NCBI GenBank assembly: GCA_965248835.1
Contig: CBDFLJ010000002.1
Coordinates: 2,080,001 to 2,144,000, forward strand
Length of the DNA: 64,000 bases
Direction of reading: 5' to 3'
Source: Alphaproteobacteria bacterium
GTDB taxonomy: Bacteria; Pseudomonadota; Alphaproteobacteria; MPNO01
Shown here: positions 10,341 to 19,888 of the stretch, in pieces
Layout of the letters: the number at the start of each line of letters is the position of its first letter
Position numbering within the stretch: position 1 is the stretch's first letter
Position numbers and translations under genes: made by a program
The notes under the pieces: generated by a model
Seen by the model: only the letters and a program-made list of their open reading frames with translations
What the model was told of the DNA's origin: nothing
Database searches by the model: none

Positions 10341-10878
10341 CGTGTTCGGGCGGTAGCGCGAGGGTGCCGAAGAAGATCTGCATCCCGTAGTGGAAGGCGA
10401 TGAAGGCGCCGAGATCCATGATCCCGGCCTCGCTGTAGTGGGTCTTGCCTTCCTCGTAGAACGCCTTGTCGACCCGCTTGGGCTCGCGGAACATCAGCCA
10501 GGCGTAGCGCAGCGCCCATTTCTCCGCCGGCGAGAACCGCAGATCGGTCTCGAAATCGCCGCAGCCGGCTTCGATCATGTCCTCGGTGAGCCCCGCCTCC
10601 TGGGCGCGCTTGGACCGCAAAGCGGAAAAATAGGGATCGTTCGCGAGCCGGGCGAGCTGGATGCGGATAATCTCCTTCAGCCGGTGGTCGAGGTTGCCGC
10701 CGGCATGCGAGCGCTCCAGCGCATCGTGCAGCGTCTCGGCATAGCCCGGCACATGGGCGAGCAGCCGAACAAACCGACTGTCGGGCACGCCGGCCTCCTC
10801 GGAGCGGGCGATCAGGGCCTGGAGCGTCTCGTCCCCGATCGCCTCGCGGGGCACCGGCTTGATCACGGCGCGGCCCAC
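10333..10878 (-). CDS. AhpD / carboxymuconolactone decarboxylase-like protein lacking redox Cys
   Basis: DHRLKEIIRIQLARLANDPYFSALRS aligns with the neighbouring paralog's DHKLKEVIRVQLSRMADCNYUGNVRS. Confidence 0.8.
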   Translation of the reverse strand: MGRAVIKPVPREAIGDETLQALIARSEEAGVPDSRFVRLLAHVPGYAETLHDALERSHAGGNLDHRLKEIIRIQLARLANDPYFSALRSKRAQEAGLTEDMIEAGCGDFETDLRFSPAEKWALRYAWLMFREPKRVDKAFYEEGKTHYSEAGIMDLGAFIAFHYGMQIFFGTLALPPEHGG

Positions 10879-10882
10879 CGCC

Positions 10883-11530
10883 CTACTCCGCAGCCGGCGC
10901 GAGGCCGGCGCGCCGGGCCGCCCCCTTCAGGTGCGAGACCGGGCTGTCGCCGTAGATCCGCCGCGACTCCGCCTGATCGACCAGTCGGCCGTCCGGGGTG
11001 AACATCGGGAAGAAATCGAGCGTGCCGAAGAAGGTGTGGAAGCCGATGTTGAAACCGACGAAGGCCCCGAGCTCGACGATCTCCGCGACCGTGTAGTGCT
11101 CTGCGAGTTCCTCGTAGAACGCCGCATCGATCTTCTCGGGCGCGGTGGCCATAAGCTCGCTATAGAGAAGGGCGATCTTCTCGGCCGGCGTGAAGCGCTG
11201 CGAGCCGGCATGGTTGTCGATGCCCTCGTCGATCAGATCTTCCGTGAGGCCCTGCTGCTTCGCCGAAGCAGACCGGACATTGCCTCAATAGTTGCAATCG
11301 GCCATCCGCGAGAGTTGCACGCGAATGACCTCCTTGAGCTTGTGATCGATCTGCCCGGTGTTGAAAACCGCCCCCCAGGCCAGGTACATCGCGCGCGAAA
11401 GATCCGGGTTATGACCCATCATCGCATGAAACGCGGGATCCGGCGCCTTGTGCCGCAACGCCTTGTTAATCAGCGGTTTCAGGCTGGTCTTCTTGAGATC
11501 GTCGATGTCGAGCATCGAAATGTTGGGCAT
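10883..11530 (-). CDS. AhpD-like selenoprotein (CxxU; Sec at TGA 11285-11287), 215 aa
   Basis: ORFs 11285..11554 and 10883..11152 are in frame across a single TGA; similarity to the adjacent paralog continues on both sides; SECIS-like hairpin; RBS GGGAG before ATG 11530. Confidence 0.85.
11245..11287 (-). promoter_or_regulatory. Putative bacterial SECIS element
   Basis: mRNA UGAGGC..CUGCUUC-GGC-GAAGCAG..GCCUCA: 7-bp upper stem, G-starting loop 20 nt after the UGA, UGA itself paired in the lower stem. Confidence 0.7.
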
Positions 11531-11850
11531 AGCCGGATTGCTCCCGAAGCGCATGTACTCATCAGGATGCCAATGACATCATGCGCGGTCAATATAAGCA
11601 GGCGGTTCTGCTGTTTGAAACGGCAGTTCAATTTTCGACTCGACGGCTCGCGAGAGTTTCTCGATCTCCACACGATAGCCGGGCCGATCACGGGCCGCGA
11701 TCACGGCGCCGGCGCAGCGACCGGGAATGGAAGCATGCTCGACCTGCCCGGAGACGTTCGAATCTTGACTCGGATCGAGGACACCGGTGATCTTCTTATC
11801 GGAGGCGAGGTTGAACTCGCCGTCGGCTTTCCAACCAGACGAGGCGGGAC

Positions 11851-13203
11851 ATGGCAGACTCTCATCCGCAATACTGGGCGGGTCCGATCGAGACCGCGAG
11901 CCGCGAGGAACTGCGCGCCTGGCAGGAGGAGCGGCTCGCTCCCCTGGTCGATTGGCTGGGCGAACGCTGCCCTTACTGGCGACGGAAATTCGGCGAGATC
12001 GGCATCGCGCCCGGCGACGTCAGGACGCTCGAGGACCTCGCCGCCCTGCCCCACGTCACCAAGGCGATCTATGCCGAGAACATGGACGCCAACCCGCCCT
12101 ACGGCGACTTCCTGTGCTATCCGGAAGAGGAGGTCCACCGCATGGGTGCGATCGTCTTCCGGACGACCGGGACGACCGGTCGGCAGCGCTGGTTCATCAA
12201 CACGCATGAGGGCTACCAGCATTTCGGCAACCAGGGACTCCGCTGCCTGTGGTGCGCCGGCATCCGCCCCGGCGAAATGGTGATGTCGATCCTGCCGCTG
12301 TCGCTGTGGTCGGCCGGCTGGGGGTTCTATTACGGATGCCGCAAGGCCGGCATGACCTACCTGTCGGCGGGGCCGCCCTACGACACGCGCATGCGGCTCG
12401 ATCTGATCGGCGACTACCGCCCGGCGGCGATCTGCCTGACCCCGTCCTACGCGCTGACGCTGGCAAGCGCCGCGCAGGAGAACGGGATCGACATCAAGAA
12501 CGCCGGCGTCCGCGCGCTGATCATGGGCGGCGAGCCGTTCCCCGAGTCGCGTCGGCGCAAGATCGAGGAGGCCTGGGGCATCCCCGGCGGGGCGCGGGAT
12601 TTTTCCGGCATCACCGAGGGCGGGCCGCTCTACATGGGCTCGGAGTGCGATGCCCAACAGGGCGAGCACCTCTACGAGGACGAGGCGATCTTCGAGTTCG
12701 TCGAGATCGGCGGAACCAAACCGGTCGGGCCGGGTGAGCTGGGCGAGTTGGTCTTCACCGCGCTGAACCAGCGGGTGATGGGCACCAGCTTCCATTACCG
12801 CACCGGCGATATCGTCCGCTATAGAGAGGAACCGTGCTCCTGTGGCCGCACCCATCGGCGGATCAACGGCATCGAGGGGCGGGTCGACGACATGGTCAAG
12901 GTGCGCGGCGTGAATATCTTCCCTTCGGCGATCGAAGAGATCATCCGCCAGATCCCGAGCCTCGCCGACGACTTCATGCTGGTGCTCGAACGCGGCACGG
13001 CCGGCGACGAGGTGACGGTCGAGGTCGAGCCGGCCTCGGGTCTGGAGACCGGCAGCTACGCCGATGCAGGCGGCGCGCTCGAGGCCGAACTGCGCCGGGC
13101 GATGGCGATCCGCATCCCGGTGCGCATCGCCGAGCCCGGCTCGTTGCCCCGGTTCGAGCTCAAGGCCCAGCGCTGGATCGACCGCCGACCGGACGAGGGT
13201 TAG
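11851..13203 (+). CDS. Phenylacetate-CoA ligase family protein (PaaK-like)
   Basis: TTGTTG P-loop, GGEP, GELVFT, YRTGD, GRVDDMVKVRGVNIFPSAIE. Confidence 0.88.
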   Translation: MADSHPQYWAGPIETASREELRAWQEERLAPLVDWLGERCPYWRRKFGEIGIAPGDVRTLEDLAALPHVTKAIYAENMDANPPYGDFLCYPEEEVHRMGAIVFRTTGTTGRQRWFINTHEGYQHFGNQGLRCLWCAGIRPGEMVMSILPLSLWSAGWGFYYGCRKAGMTYLSAGPPYDTRMRLDLIGDYRPAAICLTPSYALTLASAAQENGIDIKNAGVRALIMGGEPFPESRRRKIEEAWGIPGGARDFSGITEGGPLYMGSECDAQQGEHLYEDEAIFEFVEIGGTKPVGPGELGELVFTALNQRVMGTSFHYRTGDIVRYREEPCSCGRTHRRINGIEGRVDDMVKVRGVNIFPSAIEEIIRQIPSLADDFMLVLERGTAGDEVTVEVEPASGLETGSYADAGGALEAELRRAMAIRIPVRIAEPGSLPRFELKAQRWIDRRPDEG

Positions 13204-13213
13204 GCGGGCCGGC

Positions 13214-13990
13214 CTACCAACCGGCGCCCTCGGGCAGGCGCAAACCCGTCGCGCGGACCTCCGCGGGCGTCGGTGCTCGCAGCTTCAGCCGGTCCATAAC
13301 CGGCATCACGTTGCCCAGCCAGATCGGAAGCTGGTCCTCGCTGTCTTCCTTCTTGAGTCCGTAATAGTGGAATTTCTGCTGCTTTTCGCTGCGCGGATTG
13401 CCCAGCAGGCGGATCGACTTGGCGAACCACTCATCGACGCTTTCCTGGACCCTTGCCCGCGCCTGGCCTCCGTTGTCTTCGATGTGCCGGATCAGATGGA
13501 CCGGCCCCCCCTCGGCATGCTCCTCCTCCTCGGCGATGATGGCCTGGTTGGCGTCGGCATAGGGCGCATAGCTCGAATCGCGCATCGACCACAGGAACAA
13601 CCGGCCGCTCTCCTCGGCAAGCCAGTTGAACACCAGCACGTCCTCCCAATTGCGCGGGAAGTCCGCGGCGCCGTAAAAGTCCGCCGCGAACGGCCGGTCG
13701 TGGTTCCTGAACAGGCTGTAGTCCAGCCCGATACCGGGAAGGATGCCGGCAATGACCTGGCAGTGCTCGGATTCCTCCTCCGCCAAGTGGGCGCAGTAGA
13801 GCACCTTGTCAGGCCCTTCCCGATAGAAATGGGAAGCCGCCTTGGCGAAGATGCACGCTGCGGACAACTCTTCCAGGAGCTGGCGAGAGACCACCCAGCG
13901 GAGCAGGTCCTTGTACTCCTGCGGCGTGGTCTCGAACGTCTCTTCGGTGATCTCCCGCGGGACGTAAATCGGCGTGACCATGTCGGACAT
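13214..13990 (-). CDS. Ferritin-like di-iron protein, PaaA/PaaC (aryl-CoA epoxidase) family
   Basis: Two ExxH motifs (EEESEH, EEEEH), SSYAPYA motif, ARVQESVDEWF. Confidence 0.75.
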   Translation of the reverse strand: MSDMVTPIYVPREITEETFETTPQEYKDLLRWVVSRQLLEELSAACIFAKAASHFYREGPDKVLYCAHLAEEESEHCQVIAGILPGIGLDYSLFRNHDRPFAADFYGAADFPRNWEDVLVFNWLAEESGRLFLWSMRDSSYAPYADANQAIIAEEEEHAEGGPVHLIRHIEDNGGQARARVQESVDEWFAKSIRLLGNPRSEKQQKFHYYGLKKEDSEDQLPIWLGNVMPVMDRLKLRAPTPAEVRATGLRLPEGAGW

Positions 13991-14133
13991 CGAAACCTCC
14001 TGCGCCGCGGATGATCGACGTTTTCCGTCCGATTCCGCTTGTGAAATATTGCCCGATGCATTTCATTCCACCTGCCGGAGCGCTGTCAACGAACGCGAGG
14101 GACTTGCAAGCACCCGGCCCGGGAGGCTACGCG

Positions 14134-15324
14134 ATGACAGATCAGACACCGGAGCATGAAAGCGCGCGGGCGGGGGCGTTGCGGGACCGTGCGCTGTCAC
14201 TCGTCCCGGTTCTGGCCGAGCGGGCCGCGGCGTGCGAACGGCAGCGCCAGCTCCTGCCCGAGACGATCGCGGATCTCAAGGCCAACGGCTTGCACAAGCT
14301 CTGCCAGCGGGCGCGCTTCGGCGGTACCGAGCTTCCGCTCGACAAGGCCGCCGACATCATCTCGGTGTTGGCGCGCGGCTGCTCGTCCACTGCCTGGGTG
14401 TGTGCGATCTACTGCGATCATTCGATCCTGCTCGGCCGGTTCGACGATGCGGCGGCCGACGATGTCTGGGCCGAATCGCCCGATGCTCTGGTATCGGCCG
14501 GGTTCATCCCCTCCGGCACCGCCGAGCGCACCAGCGAGGGCTGGCGGGTGTCCGGCACCTGGGACTTCTCCAGCGGCTGCGACTATGCGGACTGGCTCCT
14601 GGTCGGAAGCCCGCTGCCGACGCAGGACGGCGAGATCCAGCCCAGCCTCTGCCTGGTGCCGCGGAGCGAGGTCGAGATCGACGACAACTGGTACGCGATG
14701 GGGCTGGCCGGGACCGGCAGCAAGAACCTCGTCATCGAGAGCACCATCGTGCCGGAATACCGCACGCTGCCGCTGTGGAAGGTGGGCGGCGGCGCGGCCG
14801 GGGGCGGGCGCGCCGACGTGCCGCCGCTCTATCGGCTGCCCCACTTTCCGACCGTGCCGTTCCTGTTCCTGTCGACCGGTCTCGGGGTCGCCGAGAGCTT
14901 GCTCGAGGCGACGATCGCCGAGCTCGGCGAGCGCACCTCGCGGCTCGGCGACAAGATCTCGCAGATGCAGTCCATCCAGCTCCGCATCGCGGAGTCCGCC
15001 GCGGAGATCGACTGCGCCCGCATGCTGATCATGCGCGGCTGCGGCGAAGCGATGGCGGCGATGCGCGCCGACAGGGCCTTCAGCATCGACCAGAGGGCAC
15101 GGAACCGGCGCGATCAGGCCTATGCCGGCAGGCTGTGCCGCCGCGCGGTCGATCGCCTGTTCGAATCCCTCGGCGGGCACGGGCTTTATGCCGACAACGC
15201 CTCGCAACGGAAGTTCCGCGACATGTACGCGGTCAACGGCCACATTTCCGGCAACTGGGATATCGCCGGCACGACCTACGGCCGCATCGCCTTCGGCCTC
15301 GACCCGGAAACCATCTTCATCTGA
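14134..15324 (+). CDS. Two-component flavin-dependent monooxygenase, oxygenase subunit (HsaA / acyl-CoA dehydrogenase fold)
   Basis: GCSSTAW, VSGTWDFSSGCDYADW, DNWYAMGLAGTGS; RBS GGGAGG. Confidence 0.88.
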   Translation: MTDQTPEHESARAGALRDRALSLVPVLAERAAACERQRQLLPETIADLKANGLHKLCQRARFGGTELPLDKAADIISVLARGCSSTAWVCAIYCDHSILLGRFDDAAADDVWAESPDALVSAGFIPSGTAERTSEGWRVSGTWDFSSGCDYADWLLVGSPLPTQDGEIQPSLCLVPRSEVEIDDNWYAMGLAGTGSKNLVIESTIVPEYRTLPLWKVGGGAAGGGRADVPPLYRLPHFPTVPFLFLSTGLGVAESLLEATIAELGERTSRLGDKISQMQSIQLRIAESAAEIDCARMLIMRGCGEAMAAMRADRAFSIDQRARNRRDQAYAGRLCRRAVDRLFESLGGHGLYADNASQRKFRDMYAVNGHISGNWDIAGTTYGRIAFGLDPETIFI

Positions 15325-15361
15325 GAACGAAAAAGAACATCGTGCCTGTTTGTTCTCTGTA

Positions 15362-16105
15362 TCAGATCTGTGCGTGACCGCCGTCGACCATCAGCTCCGA
15401 GCCGGCCATGAAGCGTGAATCCGACGAGGCGAGGAAGACCGCGGCGCGCGCGATCTCGCTCGGATCGCCGAAACGCTTCATCGGCACGTCGGCGAGCAAG
15501 ATCTGATCGCGGTTCTCCAGGACCTCCCGCGGCAGTCCCATCTTCTCGAAGATCGGCGTTTCGACCGGGCCGGGGCTGAGCACGTTGACCCGGATCCCGC
15601 GTGGCACCAGGGCGGCGCACAGCGTCCGGCCGAGCGACCGGATCGCGGCCTTGGTCGCGGCGTAGACCGCCTGCTCGGCGACTCCCAGATGCCCGAGAGC
15701 CGAGGACAGAAGGATGACGGAGCCGCCGTCCTTCAGATACGGCAGCGCCTTCTGCACGGTGAAGAAGGTGCCCTTGAAGTTGGTCTCCGACATGGCTGCG
15801 AACGTCGCCTCGTCGACGTCCTCGAACGGACGGGCCAGCGAGATGCCGGCGTTGGCGACGACGACGTCGATCCGCCCGAAATGGTCGTGGGCATCGTGAA
15901 ACAGCCGCTCGAGATCGGACACCGCGCGGACATCGCCCGAGACCGCGAGGCTTTTCGGAAGCTCCGCCCGCGCCGCCTCGAGCGCCGCCGCGTCGCGCCC
16001 GAAGATCGCCACCTGGGCGCCTTCGACCGTGAACGCTCCGGCGATCGCACGCCCGATGCCGCTGGAGCCGCCGGTTACCACGGCCACGAGCCCTTCGAGC
16101 CTCAT
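15362..16105 (-). CDS. SDR family oxidoreductase
   Basis: TGGSSGIG, ANAG, YAATK, VLSPGP. Confidence 0.92.
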   Translation of the reverse strand: MRLEGLVAVVTGGSSGIGRAIAGAFTVEGAQVAIFGRDAAALEAARAELPKSLAVSGDVRAVSDLERLFHDAHDHFGRIDVVVANAGISLARPFEDVDEATFAAMSETNFKGTFFTVQKALPYLKDGGSVILLSSALGHLGVAEQAVYAATKAAIRSLGRTLCAALVPRGIRVNVLSPGPVETPIFEKMGLPREVLENRDQILLADVPMKRFGDPSEIARAAVFLASSDSRFMAGSELMVDGGHAQI

Positions 16106-16186
16106 CGTATCCCTCCGTCCGACAATTGCGGCCTCGATGCATCAATCCCAAGACCTTGGCGTCTTGGACGGCAGCCGCAGGTCAAA

Positions 16187-16234
16187 AGCATGTTCCAATC
16201 GGATCGAACCCGTCCAGTTCGTTCAGAACATGCT
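16187..16234. repeat. Short palindromic intergenic element
   Basis: Terminal inverted repeat AGCATGTTC..GAACATGCT around a 30-nt core, abutting the mch stop codon. Confidence 0.5.
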
Positions 16235-17314
16235 CTAAGCCCGCCGCGGGACAAGGACCGTGTAGTCGAGGTCGAGCACGACGGCAGGATCGTACTTGCC
16301 GGCACCGTCGCGGTCGGGGAACTCCTCGCAGGTGCGGTTCTTGAGGGCGAGCGTGCGGATGCGCAGGGCGCCGACATCGGTCCGGCCGGGCAGCACCATC
16401 TTGTGCAGGACCTCGGTCCAGGCATGGAGCGTGTCGCCTGCAAAGGCCGGTGCGGTGTGGCGCCCGGCATTGATCGCGGCCACCTTGAAGGCATTCGGGA
16501 AGCCGTTGAACGTCAGGCTCCGGGCGAGGCCGATGACGTGGCCGCCCATGACCACGCGGCGCCCGAAGCGGCTGTCCGCGCTCAACTGCGCATTGAAATG
16601 GATCGGTGCGGGGTTCTGGGAAAGCCGCGTCAGCATCATGTGCTCGGCCTCCTCGATGGTGAGGCCGTCGCGGTGGTCGATCCGCTCACCCGGCGCGTAG
16701 TCGTCCCAGAAATAGGGCCCGCCCGCCCGGACAGTGTCATAGGCCGTCAGATCCAACGCCGTGGGCACGACGACCGCCTCGGCCGGCACCGCCGGGGGAA
16801 GCTCCGGCACGCAAGGCTCCGGCGCGGCCGATGCCGGATCACGCTTGCGCACCAGGACCCAGCGCACATAGGACGCGACGACCTCCTCGCGCTGGTTGAC
16901 GCCGATGGTGCGGACATAGACCACGCCCGCCTGCCCGCTGGAGGCCTCGCGGAGACCGATTACCGTCGAGGCGGCGCGCAGCGTGTCGCCGGGATAGACG
17001 AACCCGTCGAGCCGCCCGTCGGCGTAGCCGAGGTTCGAGACCGCGTTGAACGAGATGTCGGTAACCGTCTTGCCGAGGATGACGTTGAACACCAGGACAT
17101 CGTCGATCGGTGTCGTCTCCAGGCCCAGCCCCCTGGCGAACTCCCGGGAGGAATTGACCACGAACCGCGAGCCGGAAAGCGCGAGGTTAAGGGCCGCATC
17201 GCCCTCGGTGAGCGTGCGGGGACCCGCATGAACGATCTCCTGGCCCGCGCGGAAATCTTCAAAGAAGTTGCCGCGCGCGGCCTTGTCGCCGATCGTTTGC
17301 TTGCGTGAGGTCAT
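16235..17314 (-). CDS. mch: Mesaconyl-CoA (2-methylfumaryl-CoA) hydratase, double MaoC domain
   Basis: GNFFEDF..GQEIVH..PRT, GKTVTDISFNAVSNLGYA, YFWDDYAPGERIDH, DLDYTVLVPRR. Confidence 0.75.
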   Translation of the reverse strand: MTSRKQTIGDKAARGNFFEDFRAGQEIVHAGPRTLTEGDAALNLALSGSRFVVNSSREFARGLGLETTPIDDVLVFNVILGKTVTDISFNAVSNLGYADGRLDGFVYPGDTLRAASTVIGLREASSGQAGVVYVRTIGVNQREEVVASYVRWVLVRKRDPASAAPEPCVPELPPAVPAEAVVVPTALDLTAYDTVRAGGPYFWDDYAPGERIDHRDGLTIEEAEHMMLTRLSQNPAPIHFNAQLSADSRFGRRVVMGGHVIGLARSLTFNGFPNAFKVAAINAGRHTAPAFAGDTLHAWTEVLHKMVLPGRTDVGALRIRTLALKNRTCEEFPDRDGAGKYDPAVVLDLDYTVLVPRRA

Positions 17315-17420
17315 CGAGTGCCGTCTGCACGCTATCCTACCGCCGAGGATCGAGCCGCGCCAATATACGCGGGCCGCACGCAAGCCGTCCTGAGGGCGGG
17401 AAGAGATCGGGAGAGAGACG

Positions 17421-18230
17421 ATGACGACGCAATACGGATCTTACACCGGCCTGAAATTCGCCTGGCCCATGAAGCGGGTGCTCGAGGTGATCTTCGACCG
17501 CCCCGGCAAGCTCAACGCGCTCACCGAGCAGATGCACCGCGAGCTCGGCACGATCTGGCGCGACGTCGATGCCGACCCGGAGGTCTCTTGCGTGTTGCTG
17601 CGCGGTGCAAACGACGTCTATTCGGCCGGCGGCGACCTGTCGCTGGTCCACGAAATGACCGAAAGCTTCGATGCACGGGCGAAAATCTGGCGGGAAACCC
17701 GCGACCTCGTCTACAACGTGATCAACTGCTCCAAGCCGATCGTCGCCGCGATCAACGGCCCCGCGGTGGGAGCAGGGCTCGCCGCGGCGCTGCTGGCGGA
17801 CATCTCCATCGCCGCCAGGACGGCGCGGATCATCGACGGCCACACGCGGCTGGGCGTCGCCGCGGGCGACCACGCGGCAATCATCTGGCCGCTGCTGTGC
17901 GGCATGGCGAAGGCCAAATATTACCTGCTGCTGTGCGAGCAGATCAGCGGCGAGGAAGCCGAGCGCATCGGGCTTGTCTCGATGTGTGTCGACGACGACC
18001 GGCTCTATGACAGTGCGCTGGAGGTGTGCGGCAAGCTGGCCGCAGGCGCGCCGTCGGCCATAAGCTGGACCAAATACGCCCTCAACAACTGGCTCCGGAT
18101 GGCCGGACCCATCTTCGATACATCGCTCGCGCTGGAGATCCTCGGCATGACCGGACCGGATGTGGAGGAAGGCGTCCGGTCGCTGCGCGAGAAACGCCCG
18201 CCGGCGTTCGTTCCCGGAGGCGGGGTTTAG
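17421..18230 (+). CDS. Enoyl-CoA hydratase/isomerase family protein
   Basis: [35 protein letters not shown]. Confidence 0.92.
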   Translation: MTTQYGSYTGLKFAWPMKRVLEVIFDRPGKLNALTEQMHRELGTIWRDVDADPEVSCVLLRGANDVYSAGGDLSLVHEMTESFDARAKIWRETRDLVYNVINCSKPIVAAINGPAVGAGLAAALLADISIAARTARIIDGHTRLGVAAGDHAAIIWPLLCGMAKAKYYLLLCEQISGEEAERIGLVSMCVDDDRLYDSALEVCGKLAAGAPSAISWTKYALNNWLRMAGPIFDTSLALEILGMTGPDVEEGVRSLREKRPPAFVPGGGV

Positions 18231-18244
18231 GCCATGTCCGCCGA

Positions 18245-19867
18245 TCAATGCGCGCGGCGTTCGCGGACCATCCGCACGAGCTCGTGCCGCTGGATCTTGC
18301 CGGTCGGGGTGAACGGGAACTCGTCGAAGATCTCCATCGTCTCGGGCAGCTTGTAGGTTGCGACCTGATCCTGGAGCAGCGCCACGAAGTCCTCAAGCGC
18401 GGCGTCCTCGCCGGGCCGTGGGATCACGCACAGGCAGTTGCGCTCGCCCAGCCTTGGATCGGCGATGCCCACGATCGCGGCATGCAGGACCTTGGGGTGG
18501 GTGTAGAGGATCTCCTCGATCTCGCGCGGATGGAACTTCTTGCCGCCGCGGTTGATCATCTCCTTGTTGCGGCCGACGATCTTCAGGTTGCCCCGCTCGT
18601 CGAACGCGCCGATGTCGCCGGTGCGGAACCAGCCGCCGCTGGTGAAGAGCTCGGCGTTCGCGGTCGGGTTCTTGGCATAGCCCAGATGAACCGAGGGGCC
18701 GATCGCTGCGATCTCCCCCTCGCCGCCCTCGGGCATGTCGCCGCCGCTCTCGTCGACCAGCCTCAAGCCCAGCGACTTCTGGGGCCGCCCGCACGTGCCG
18801 CTGACCAGCTCAGGGTCGTCGGACAGCCGCGTATAGGTGTGAAAACCGGTCTCCAGCATGCCGTAAAGCTCGGTGAATTCGCCCTTCATCTTGGCCTGGA
18901 ACTCGCGGATGGTCTCCAGCGGGCAGGATGCGCCCCCGCTCATCACGACCCTGACCGAGGACAGATCGAATGTCTCCAGGTCGGGCTCGTTCAGCATGGC
19001 AATGATGGAGGCCGGCGCGGTCGGGATGAACGTCACCCGCTCATCGGCGATGAGCCGCAGGGCGCCGCGGGCGCTGAACCGGTCGAGCAGCACCGCGCGG
19101 GCGCCGGCGAGCAGCGTCTGCAGGAGGGCGAGATAGCCCCAGTTCAGCCCGAGCGGCAGGTAGATCAGGATCACGTCGTCTTGGGTGATCGCCAGATCCT
19201 CGTTCTGGTAGATCGCCGTCGGCAGCGTGGTGTTGTGCGTATGAAGAACCGCCTTCGGATTGCCGGTCGTCCCCGAGGTGAAGGCCATGCGGAAGATCTC
19301 GTTGGCGCCGGTCTCGACGGGATGCAGAGGCCCGACGGGCTCGGATCCCTCGATCACCCCGGCCAGCGGCACCACGCCCTCCCCGCCCGCGCCCTCGACC
19401 ACGCAGACATGGCGCAGGTCGGGGAGGCCGGGGCGCAGCGCCGCGACCATCTTCAGATAGTCGAAATCCCGGAAGGTCTCGGGACAGATATAGGCCGCGC
19501 TTTCGGAAAAGCGCAGGATGTAGTCGACCTCGGCGCTGCGAAAATCCGGGTTGATCTGGTTCGCGATCCCACCGATGCGCTCGACGGCGAAGAAGGCGCA
19601 GGCAAACGCGATCCAGTTGGGCAACTGGATGGTCACCACCTCGCCGCGCCCGATGCCGAGCGCCTGCAACTTGGCGGCCACGCGATCGACCCGCTGCCGC
19701 AGCTCGCCATAGGTGATGCGCCTGCCGCGGTCATACAGCGCCTCCCGGTCGGGGTGGGCGTCAGCCCGCTCGGCAAGGAGATCGAAGAACGTCCTGGTGC
19801 CCCAATCGCCCGACCTGGTGTAGGCCTCGATCATCTCTTGCGTCAGGCGCGTTTCGAATCTCGGCAT
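18245..19867 (-). CDS. Aryl/acyl-CoA ligase (cyclohexanecarboxylate-CoA ligase-like)
   Basis: FTSGTTGNPK, YGMLE, WFRTGD, GRNKEMINRGG, TPTGKIQ. Confidence 0.9.
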   Translation of the reverse strand: MPRFETRLTQEMIEAYTRSGDWGTRTFFDLLAERADAHPDREALYDRGRRITYGELRQRVDRVAAKLQALGIGRGEVVTIQLPNWIAFACAFFAVERIGGIANQINPDFRSAEVDYILRFSESAAYICPETFRDFDYLKMVAALRPGLPDLRHVCVVEGAGGEGVVPLAGVIEGSEPVGPLHPVETGANEIFRMAFTSGTTGNPKAVLHTHNTTLPTAIYQNEDLAITQDDVILIYLPLGLNWGYLALLQTLLAGARAVLLDRFSARGALRLIADERVTFIPTAPASIIAMLNEPDLETFDLSSVRVVMSGGASCPLETIREFQAKMKGEFTELYGMLETGFHTYTRLSDDPELVSGTCGRPQKSLGLRLVDESGGDMPEGGEGEIAAIGPSVHLGYAKNPTANAELFTSGGWFRTGDIGAFDERGNLKIVGRNKEMINRGGKKFHPREIEEILYTHPKVLHAAIVGIADPRLGERNCLCVIPRPGEDAALEDFVALLQDQVATYKLPETMEIFDEFPFTPTGKIQRHELVRMVRERRAH

Positions 19868-19888
19868 GCCAGCCTCCGCACAACCCGT

